Source of the DNA: Candidatus Margulisiibacteriota bacterium
GTDB taxonomy: Bacteria; Margulisbacteria; Marinamargulisbacteria; SXXA01; SICP01
Direction: 5' to 3'
Length of the DNA: 64,000 nt
NCBI GenBank assembly: GCA_009691415.1
Contig: SICP01000004.1
Span: 1,960 to 65,959 of the forward strand
Notes under the pieces: model-generated
What the model was told of the DNA's origin: nothing
Database searches by the model: none
Seen by the model: only the letters and a program-made list of their open reading frames with translations
Made by a program: the position numbers and the translations under genes
Part shown: positions 56,552 to 64,000 of the stretch, piece by piece
How the letters are laid out: every line of letters starts with the position of its first letter
Numbering within the stretch: position 1 is the first letter of the stretch

Positions 56552-57448
56552 ATGCCAAAGATATCTGTTGTACTAGGAACATTAAATCAGTGTGATAAAT
56601 TAGAAAAAGTCTTAGTCTCATTCGAAACCCAATCTCTATCCCCCGACGACTACGAAGTCATTGTGGTTGATTCTACGTCTTCTGATAGCACAGAAAATTT
56701 CCTAAAAAATTATCACCCGACCTACCACTTTCAATACCGTATACAAGAAAATAAAGGGAAAGCCGCTGCAAGAAATCGTGGTGTTGAAATGGCCACCTCG
56801 CGGCTCATCATGATCACAGACGCAGACATGATAGCCCATCCCAATCTACTTAAAACACATCTAGATGCACAAGAACATGCCAAAGAACCCTCAAGCTTTG
56901 AAGGCCTTACTTACAACATGGAAAACTATGATTGGCCCCCAAAACCCGAAACACTCTCACCCTACATCCAAAAAAATTACGACGATCACGCCAAACTAGG
57001 CTGGTATTATTTCTTAACAGGCAACATTTCTTTTCCAAAATCACTCTTCGAAAAAATGGGCCCGTTCGATGAAGCATTTAAGGGGTATGGATGGGAAGAT
57101 TTAGAGTTAGGTTACCGATTTTTCAAAGCCAAAATCACACACTCCTATCTGAAAAACGCCATCAACTATCACTATCACGTTCTAGATAAAAACGAAGAAA
57201 TAACCCGCAACTATCACAAAGGGAAATCGGCCAGACTTTTCCTAAAAAAACATCCTGAACTTAAATGGTTTCTAGGCCTCAACCCACTCTCCGTTTTTGT
57301 CTTCAAACAAATTTCTGACGAAGGAACCATTATCACATTTTTTACCAAATGGTTAAAAAATCCAGAAGCCTCTATACGAAAAAAATTCGCTATCTGGTTT
57401 TTAGGCGAGTACAGTTATCTTTCCGGAATACTTAGTATAAAAAACTAA
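56552..57448 (+). CDS. Glycosyltransferase family 2
   Basis: MPKISVVLGTLNQ..., VVDSTSSD and ITDADM (DxD) motifs. The start was chosen to avoid overlap with the upstream stop. Confidence 0.85.
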   Translation: MPKISVVLGTLNQCDKLEKVLVSFETQSLSPDDYEVIVVDSTSSDSTENFLKNYHPTYHFQYRIQENKGKAAARNRGVEMATSRLIMITDADMIAHPNLLKTHLDAQEHAKEPSSFEGLTYNMENYDWPPKPETLSPYIQKNYDDHAKLGWYYFLTGNISFPKSLFEKMGPFDEAFKGYGWEDLELGYRFFKAKITHSYLKNAINYHYHVLDKNEEITRNYHKGKSARLFLKKHPELKWFLGLNPLSVFVFKQISDEGTIITFFTKWLKNPEASIRKKFAIWFLGEYSYLSGILSIKN

Positions 57449-58359
57449 GATTTAGAAGAACCTGAAAAATAATTCATAGTCACACAATAAATCACTGAAA
57501 ACCCAGCCTGCGCTATCGACCTAAACGGAGAAAATTTAAGCCAAGCCCCCTCTTTTAAAGTGGCCGTAATCGCAGGAATCGTATCAGGCCAACGACTTGT
57601 GTTACAAAAAGTAGCATAGGCATCCACACGGGCTTTTTGAAGTGGAGAACTAAGAAATCCGCCAATTCCACCTCCCAAAGCAGATGCTAAAGATTGATAT
57701 AAAAGCTGAGTTGAGGGCTCGTCTGATTTAGGAATCAAACCAATTTTATCTGCCTGAAGCCCAAGATTTGTACCTAAATAATTAATGACATTTCGAAAAA
57801 ATGCCAACAGAAAACCAGAGTTTCTATCCATGTAAGTCGCAACAGGAAATCGAGCATATTTATTTGCAATAGCTTTATAACTCATTAGCATAGGATCATT
57901 TAACTGCTTACCCAGACGCAAATTATCAACTGTCATACCGCCCATTATTAGAAAGGCTGCCGTTAATCCGGTCGTTTTAACAACAGTATCTGCCAAGTGA
58001 TTTGGAAGAAAAGGAGGGAGAACATTAAGTCCATATATAGAAACTTGTCGAGAGGCCAGACGATAAACAGCGCCAGCTTCAACACCCTTCCAAAGCAGTG
58101 ACGGTACAATTGGAAGTCCCTTTGTCTTAAGAATCCCTAATTTTTCGATAGGATATCCAAACGCTACCTCACCACAAAACAAGGCAGCGGCGGATACAAA
58201 AAACTTTTGGGTACCAGGAGAGGCACGATAGGGTGCAATAAATGAGTTAATAATCCAATTAGGGTTTTTTGAACTACTTGAACTAGATTTAACTGATTTC
58301 GGTGCGACAACGTTTACAGCCGGGGTCGGGGGAGTGTTTCTATTGATTGTTCCTGACAT
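57445..58359 (-). CDS. Six-helix membrane protein resembling the eukaryotic mitochondrial carrier family (tripartite repeat)
   Basis: GGAG lies 7 nt before ATG 58359. Three ~90-aa repeats each carry a degenerate carrier signature: YPIEKLGILK...LLWKG; TVDNLRLGK...FFRN; SPLQKARVD...LKEGAWLKF. The N-terminus is Ser/Pro-rich. Confidence 0.45.
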   Translation of the reverse strand: MSGTINRNTPPTPAVNVVAPKSVKSSSSSSKNPNWIINSFIAPYRASPGTQKFFVSAAALFCGEVAFGYPIEKLGILKTKGLPIVPSLLWKGVEAGAVYRLASRQVSIYGLNVLPPFLPNHLADTVVKTTGLTAAFLIMGGMTVDNLRLGKQLNDPMLMSYKAIANKYARFPVATYMDRNSGFLLAFFRNVINYLGTNLGLQADKIGLIPKSDEPSTQLLYQSLASALGGGIGGFLSSPLQKARVDAYATFCNTSRWPDTIPAITATLKEGAWLKFSPFRSIAQAGFSVIYCVTMNYFSGSSKS

Positions 58360-58439
58360 AAGGATCTCCATTCTACATGAGTAAGTATAAAACAAACTCT
58401 AATGGAGTATGAAAATGTGGTCAACAATAAAGATTGAAC

Positions 58440-58473
58440 GTCATCTATTTATGATCTAATATAAATAGATGAC
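58440..58473. promoter_or_regulatory. 13-bp perfect inverted repeat spanning the radC start codon
   Basis: gtcatctatttat-(8 nt)-ataaatagatgac. The right arm contains ATG 58469. Confidence 0.35.
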
Positions 58474-59161
58474 ATACAAAAAAGGCGCGACAACTCTTCG
58501 GTTAACTGACATCGATAGCAATGATCGTCCAAGAGAAAAACTAAGAAACAAAGGTGCACTATCACTTTGCGACGAAGAACTACTCGCCATCTTACTTGGT
58601 AGCGGATCAGCAACGCAGGACGTTCTTAGTCTATCCAAAGCCATTCTCAAGGAAATTACCCCCGACACACCCACCCCAAAATTTGAAACGCTGTGTAAAA
58701 TCACAGGCATAGGCCCCGCAAAAGCCTCCCTTATACTTTCCGCCATAGAATTTGGACGTCGCCGCACACAAGAATCCAGCATCAAAATTCTCACACCCAA
58801 AGATATCTACGGCATCGTCATACCCTATGCCAACAAAAAACAAGAACACTTCATCGTCATCTCCCTAAACGGTGCGCAAGAAGTCATCGCCATTCGCGTC
58901 ATTTCAGTAGGCCTCGTCAACCAAACCCAAGTCCACCCGCGAGAAGTTTTCGCAGATCCACTCACCGACAGAGCCTCCAGCATCGTCGTAGCACACAACC
59001 ATCCCTCAGGATCGCTCACTCCAAGCCAAGAAGATCTCGAAGTCACAGAAAAATTAATACAGGCGGGAAAAATACTTGGAATTCCATTGTTGGATCACAT
59101 TATTTTTAGCACAAAGGGATTTTATAGTTTTACAGAAGAACAATCAAAAAACACTGTCTGA
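58469..59161 (+). CDS. radC: RadC-family JAB-domain protein
   Basis: 230 aa. RPREKL, ELLAILLGSG, HNHPSG(S)LTPSQED (JAMM motif). Confidence 0.9.
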   Translation: MTYKKGATTLRLTDIDSNDRPREKLRNKGALSLCDEELLAILLGSGSATQDVLSLSKAILKEITPDTPTPKFETLCKITGIGPAKASLILSAIEFGRRRTQESSIKILTPKDIYGIVIPYANKKQEHFIVISLNGAQEVIAIRVISVGLVNQTQVHPREVFADPLTDRASSIVVAHNHPSGSLTPSQEDLEVTEKLIQAGKILGIPLLDHIIFSTKGFYSFTEEQSKNTV

Positions 59162-59301
59162 ATCAGGATTTACAGGATTATAGGATGAACAGGATGAGGA
59201 GCAAGGGCGTGAGCTTGTAATAAATTTGGGAACAACGCGCTTACAATTAAAAAAGTCTTTAATCCGGCACATCCTAAAATCCTGTAAATCCTGATTCAGA
59301 C
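59156..59301. mobile_element. 146-bp MITE-like element (repeat family C) with perfect 24-bp terminal inverted repeats
   Basis: gtctgaatcaggatttacaggatt (59156-59179) is the exact inverse of aatcctgtaaatcctgattcagac (59278-59301). Degenerate relatives sit inside family A at 1198-1314 and 3620-3746, and truncated at 6001-6018. Confidence 0.7.
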
Positions 59302-59398
59302 AAAAAAATTTAAACATAATTTCTCTCTGAGAGATACCCGATTTTTTCTTGTCTTTTTTTTTTGAAAAAACTCAGCGCTTCCGCTATCATCTTTCCAT

Positions 59399-61630
59399 AT
59401 GAATCTCTCATCCCAAGAACTTTCGCAAATCGAAACCCTTTTAGATCGAAAACCTACCCTCGTCGAAACCTACATTTTTGACACGATGTGGTCCGAGCAT
59501 TGCTCTTATAAAAGCACCAAAGACACCCTCAAAGAATTTCTACCTACAAAAGGCTCAGAAGTAGCCTTGGGTATTGGAGAGGATTCTGGCATTATTCGAT
59601 TTACCAAACACAATGGCAAACAATATTGCATCGCCATCTCTCACGAATCCCACAATCATCCCTCACAAATACTTCCCGTAGAAGGCGCAGCCACCGGAGT
59701 AGGGGGCGTTGTACGTGATGTGTATTGCATGGGCGCAGATGTTATCGGGGTTTTAAATTCTTTGCACTTTGGAATCAACAAAGACAACCAATCACCACTC
59801 GTCGACGAAATTGCAGAAAATGTGGTTCTCGGTGTTTCCGACTATGCCAATCCACTGGGCGTTCCTGTGCTTGGCGGAGAAACGTTGTATCATCCGTCAT
59901 ACAATGACAACTGCCTCGTCAACGTCGCAGCACTAGGTCTAGTAGACGAAGCTAAAATCATTCACAGCTTTGTGCCTAAAGAAGCAGAGCATGAGCCTTA
60001 CGATGTGATCTTGATCGGAAAGTCAACAGACGCAACCGGTTTTGGTGGTGCGAGTTTTTCTTCTGCAACATTGGATAAAAACGACCAGGCGACCAATATT
60101 GGTGCGGTACAAGTTCACGATCCGTTTTTAAAACGCGTGATTGTTGAAGCTTTAAAAGTTCTTTTTAAAACGATAGACGACCAAAAAATTTCTGTGGGGT
60201 TTAAAGATTTAGGCGCTGGTGGAATTTCATGTGCAGCTTCTGAAATAGCAGTGGGTGGCGGCTTCGGAGTCGACGTGAATTTAGATCACGTCAATGTTGC
60301 AGTAGACAATCTGTTGCCAGAAGTTATCGCCTGTTCTGAAACACAAGAACGGTTCTGTCTTGTCGTACCAGAAACGTTTACACAAACGGTTCTAGATATT
60401 TTTAATATTCAATTTGAGATGCCAAAGCTGTATTTAAAAGCAGGCGCATCTGTCATCGGAAAAGTCACCAAAGCCCAACAGTTTATTCTTCGGCATAAAG
60501 GTGAAATCGTCTGTAACCTTCCTGTCACATCAATCACTACGGAAGTCAAAGCAGACCGCCATGCAACAGACCGCCAAATTCCAAAAACGACTACAGAAAT
60601 TTTTCCAGAAATTTCACTAGAAAAAATTCAAGAAATTGGCTCCAAAATTCTTTCTAATCCTAACAATAAATCCAAACGGCCCATCTATCGCTTTTTTGAC
60701 AACGCAGTTCGTGGCGATAGCATTCTCTATCCAGGCGAAACTGATGCCGTAGTCGTCACCCCAATCGAAGGGTGTAATACCGGGCTAGCCGTGAGCATCG
60801 ACAGCAATTTATATGGCCATCACGATCCGTATGTCAGTGGAGCTGCAGCTGTTGCAGAAAGTATTCGCAATGTCATCGCTGTAGGTGCCAGACCCATCGC
60901 TGTCACGGATTGTCTCAACTACGGAAACCCACAAAAACCTGACGTATTTTTTGATTTCCGAGAAGGCGTCAAAGGTATCGCTGATGCATGTAATGCACTA
61001 GGATTTATTCCCAACGAACCGATACCCATTATTTCCGGAAACGTGAGTTTGTATAACGAATCCAAAACGGGGAGCGCTATTATTCCGTCGCCTGTTATCG
61101 TTGTAGTCGGAAGAATAGAAGACTATAGAAACGTCTGTCTCATGCAACTTCAAAAAGAAAATCAAACACTCATCCTAATCGGAAAACGCTATGCAGAATT
61201 TGGCGGCACACAAATTAGCACCATCCTAAATCAGCCTTTTTCAGTTGCACCACAAGTACGATTTGACGAAGAAGCCGCACAAAATCAACTCATCCACACC
61301 CTCATCACACAAAAAAATCTCACCGCATGCCACGATATTTCAGCGGGAGGACTTTGGGTGACGATTACAGAAATGCTACTAGGCGAACGAGGCAGAACAC
61401 GGGTAGGCGCAGAACTTACGTTGACAGACTCTCTTGTCACCACATTATTTTCAGAAAACGGCGGCTATGTCATTGCCATAAATGCCGACAACAAAGAAAC
61501 GGTCATTCAAACTCTCAAAACCTCGGACGTTACCTACCAAGAAATCGGAAAAACTATTCCCGAAAAAACACTCACAATTAATAGCGTTAGTATTCCACTC
61601 ACCACACTGAATAACTACAGAGAAAACTAG
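59399..61630 (+). CDS. purL: Phosphoribosylformylglycinamidine synthase subunit PurL (FGAM synthase II)
   Basis: 743 aa. EHCSYK, ESHNHPS and duplicated AIR-synthase-like domains. Confidence 0.93.
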   Translation: MNLSSQELSQIETLLDRKPTLVETYIFDTMWSEHCSYKSTKDTLKEFLPTKGSEVALGIGEDSGIIRFTKHNGKQYCIAISHESHNHPSQILPVEGAATGVGGVVRDVYCMGADVIGVLNSLHFGINKDNQSPLVDEIAENVVLGVSDYANPLGVPVLGGETLYHPSYNDNCLVNVAALGLVDEAKIIHSFVPKEAEHEPYDVILIGKSTDATGFGGASFSSATLDKNDQATNIGAVQVHDPFLKRVIVEALKVLFKTIDDQKISVGFKDLGAGGISCAASEIAVGGGFGVDVNLDHVNVAVDNLLPEVIACSETQERFCLVVPETFTQTVLDIFNIQFEMPKLYLKAGASVIGKVTKAQQFILRHKGEIVCNLPVTSITTEVKADRHATDRQIPKTTTEIFPEISLEKIQEIGSKILSNPNNKSKRPIYRFFDNAVRGDSILYPGETDAVVVTPIEGCNTGLAVSIDSNLYGHHDPYVSGAAAVAESIRNVIAVGARPIAVTDCLNYGNPQKPDVFFDFREGVKGIADACNALGFIPNEPIPIISGNVSLYNESKTGSAIIPSPVIVVVGRIEDYRNVCLMQLQKENQTLILIGKRYAEFGGTQISTILNQPFSVAPQVRFDEEAAQNQLIHTLITQKNLTACHDISAGGLWVTITEMLLGERGRTRVGAELTLTDSLVTTLFSENGGYVIAINADNKETVIQTLKTSDVTYQEIGKTIPEKTLTINSVSIPLTTLNNYREN

Positions 61631-61635
61631 ACCCC

Positions 61636-63681
61636 GTGTCTACGCCTCAAACAAAACGTCTTGAAAAACTCGGTCTTTTCACTCCGAAAGACATTCTTTA
61701 TTATGCCCCAAAGTCCTACGAAGACCGGCGCCGCTTACCCAAAATATACCAACTCAAAACGGGCGAAACGCAAACTTTATTAGGGTCTATCACACACCTA
61801 TCCGAAACTAACCCAAGACCCAAAATATCTATTCTCAAAGCCGTCATAAAAGATGACACCGGCACGTGCATCGCCATATGGTTTAACCAAGCTTATTTAA
61901 AAAAAATTATGAAAATAGGGACTAAAATTCTCATCAAAGGCAAGTGCGACATTAACGCCTACAGCGCAGAAAAAGAAATCACCGTGATCTCTACAGACTT
62001 TATTTTATCTGCAGAAGACACCTTAAAAAACATAAACTGCATCGTCCCAAATTATCTCTTAACCCAAGGCCTCTACCCAGGACAATACAGAAATCTCGTC
62101 CAAGCCACTCTAGACAAATATCTCCCCAGCATTGTCGATCCTCTCCCCATCTCACTACGCCAAACCTACGACCTTATTCCACTTCGAACCGCACTCACAC
62201 ATATCCACTTTCCCGAAACAGAACAAGATCTGACACTCGCTAGAAAACGTCTTGTTTTTGACGAATTCTTTTTCTTCCAACTCACACTGGCCTCACACTA
62301 TACCAACAGGAAAATCCAAGAAACTTCAATCCCTCTCACCACAAAAAGCCCCCTAATAGACCACTACAAAACACAAATTCCCTATACCCTCACCAACGCC
62401 CAACAACAAGCCATTAAAGACGTCGAAAACGATGTCTCCCAACCTATTGCGATGAACAGACTTTTACAAGGTGACGTCGGATCCGGCAAAACAGACGTAG
62501 CCGTAATGGCACTCCTATTTGCGATCAACAGTCAAAAAAAAGGTGTCATCATGGCCCCAACAGAAATCCTAGCCGTCCAACATTATTTAAAATTCAAAAC
62601 TTATTTTGATCTCCACAACATCCCTGTTTATCTACTCAAAGGCGGCCTAAAAAAGAAAGAGAAAGAAGCCCTTCTCAACCTCATCAAGCAAGACGACCCC
62701 TGCATCATTGTCGGTACACATGCCCTCATTCAAGCCACCGTAGAAATAACACATTTGGGCCTAGCCGTCATCGACGAGCAACACCGTTTTGGCGTCATGC
62801 AACGACTCGCCCTAAAGCAAAAAGGCCTCATGCCACACTGTCTTTTCATGACAGCAACACCCATACCCAGAACACTGTTAATCACCAGCTTCGGCGACTT
62901 AGACAAATCCATTATTAACGAAATGCCCCCCGGCAGAACCCCACCCAAAACTTATTTTTTCAAAGAGAGCTCCCTCGCATCCGTCTATGGGTATTGCAGG
63001 GACGAACTTGCTAAAGATTATCAAATTTACATCGTGTATCCACTTGTAGAAGAATCCGAAAAACTAGATCTCACATCAGCCATTGAAGGCTGGACAGACC
63101 TACAAAAAAACATCTTTCCCGAGCACACCATAGGACTTATCCATGGACGCCTCACCCCCCAAGAAAAAAGTGACATCATGGCCAAATTCAAACAAAAAGA
63201 AATTCCAATTTTAGTAGCAACAACGGTCATCGAAGTAGGCATCGACGTACCCAACGCAACGATCATGATTATCCATCACGCAGAGCGATTCGGACTTTCC
63301 CAACTCCACCAATTACGAGGACGCATTGGACGTGGGGCAGGGGAGTCCCGCTGCTTTCTCATTGGTGACCCCAAAACCACCAACGCCAAACAACGCGTCA
63401 AAGCGATGCTAGCCACTGCAAACGGATTTAAAATTGCAGAATACGATCTAGAAATCAGAGGCCCAGGCGACATGTTAGGAACACGCCAATCCGGACTCCC
63501 CGATTTCAATCTTGCGCATCTTATTAGAGACGAAGCCATTTTAATACAAGCCAGAAAAGCGGCCATAGATCTTATAGAATCTGATCCACAGCTAGAACAT
63601 CCCCATCACCAAGCCATTAAACACATACAAAAAGAAAAACAACTACGGACCCTTAGTATCCAACAAAGTACATTGAACTAG
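61636..63681 (+). CDS. recG: ATP-dependent DNA helicase RecG
   Basis: 681 aa, GTG start. Wedge/OB domain, GDVGSGKT, DEQHRFG, QLHQLRGRIGRG. Confidence 0.93.
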   Translation: MSTPQTKRLEKLGLFTPKDILYYAPKSYEDRRRLPKIYQLKTGETQTLLGSITHLSETNPRPKISILKAVIKDDTGTCIAIWFNQAYLKKIMKIGTKILIKGKCDINAYSAEKEITVISTDFILSAEDTLKNINCIVPNYLLTQGLYPGQYRNLVQATLDKYLPSIVDPLPISLRQTYDLIPLRTALTHIHFPETEQDLTLARKRLVFDEFFFFQLTLASHYTNRKIQETSIPLTTKSPLIDHYKTQIPYTLTNAQQQAIKDVENDVSQPIAMNRLLQGDVGSGKTDVAVMALLFAINSQKKGVIMAPTEILAVQHYLKFKTYFDLHNIPVYLLKGGLKKKEKEALLNLIKQDDPCIIVGTHALIQATVEITHLGLAVIDEQHRFGVMQRLALKQKGLMPHCLFMTATPIPRTLLITSFGDLDKSIINEMPPGRTPPKTYFFKESSLASVYGYCRDELAKDYQIYIVYPLVEESEKLDLTSAIEGWTDLQKNIFPEHTIGLIHGRLTPQEKSDIMAKFKQKEIPILVATTVIEVGIDVPNATIMIIHHAERFGLSQLHQLRGRIGRGAGESRCFLIGDPKTTNAKQRVKAMLATANGFKIAEYDLEIRGPGDMLGTRQSGLPDFNLAHLIRDEAILIQARKAAIDLIESDPQLEHPHHQAIKHIQKEKQLRTLSIQQSTLN

Positions 63682-63684
63682 TTC

Positions 63685-63968
63685 CTATATAAGGACAACT
63701 ATCCCCATACGAATTACGTTTCCAAATGTTTTAAGACCAGCCTTTTTTGCACCCACAATATCTGTACACCAATATAGATAGACATACTATTTTCAACACC
63801 CAATTGAGGAGTAGCTTTATTGAAAATAGCAGGATCAGTTTTTTTCATCCCTACTTTTTCAAAGACCTAGATAACAGAGAAATAAGTGGCCGTTACAAGA
63901 GAATCAATCACATCCATATGAAAGGGATACAAAGTGCCATCTAAATCAAATAAAATAGCTTTTAACAT
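63685..63968 (-). pseudogene. HAD-superfamily hydrolase remnant (internal deletion plus frameshifts)
   Basis: From ATG 63968: MLKAILFDLDGTLYPF (HAD motif I), then a stop after 33 codons. Other frames read ...KKTDPAIFNKATPQLGV... and ...DIVGAKKAGLKTF (motif IV region). The whole span is about 280 bp, versus about 650 bp for intact HAD genes. Confidence 0.5.
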
Positions 63969-64000
63969 GTGATCTTCAGAATGACACAAAAGCATTAATA

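Noticed and set aside
59302-59398. Purine or ZTP riboswitch upstream of purL
   Set aside because: No purine-riboswitch core (…UAUAAUC…CUACC…) and no ZTP pfl-motif sequence is present. The leader is short and T-rich.

Overview
A 64-kb, visibly AT-rich chromosomal window from a diderm (Gram-negative-type) bacterium. I cannot place it taxonomically from sequence alone. It holds about 65 tightly packed genes, mostly housekeeping and arranged in long co-directional operons: gloA, rnc, prfB (programmed +1 frameshift, N-terminus missed by the ORF track), secA, panD, acs, rimO, sodC, mntH, typA, purL, recG and one tRNA-Gln(UUG). Envelope markers include two GT9 heptosyltransferase-like genes, a GT2 gene, a TonB-dependent receptor behind a compact cobalamin riboswitch, periplasmic Cu/Zn SOD and small beta-barrel OMPs. 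The best candidate for a novel system is a minus-strand operon at 49984-52325. It encodes a signal-peptide-bearing, Lys/Ala-rich peptide with three Cys, then an MNIO (DUF692) enzyme, a DUF2063 partner and DoxX. This is the architecture of bufferin/Hvf-type copper-binding RiPPs, but the precursor motif is one I do not recognise, and a strong UUCG-loop terminator separates precursor from enzymes. The left ~6.6 kb, abutting the 3' end of tRNA-Gln, is a decayed accessory patch full of nested MITE-like repeats that truncate several genes. Other points of interest:
- a eukaryote-like mitochondrial-carrier-type protein
- a kinase-fold orphan
- a PlsC-MORN fusion co-operonic with a GNAT and an RLAN/ATP-grasp amidoligase
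- a HepT-MNT toxin-antitoxin pair embedded in a housekeeping operon
- a Mn/metal homeostasis cluster
- a perfect-TIR 146-bp MITE overlapping the radC stop codon
Functional calls rest on motif recognition by eye. No searches were run.
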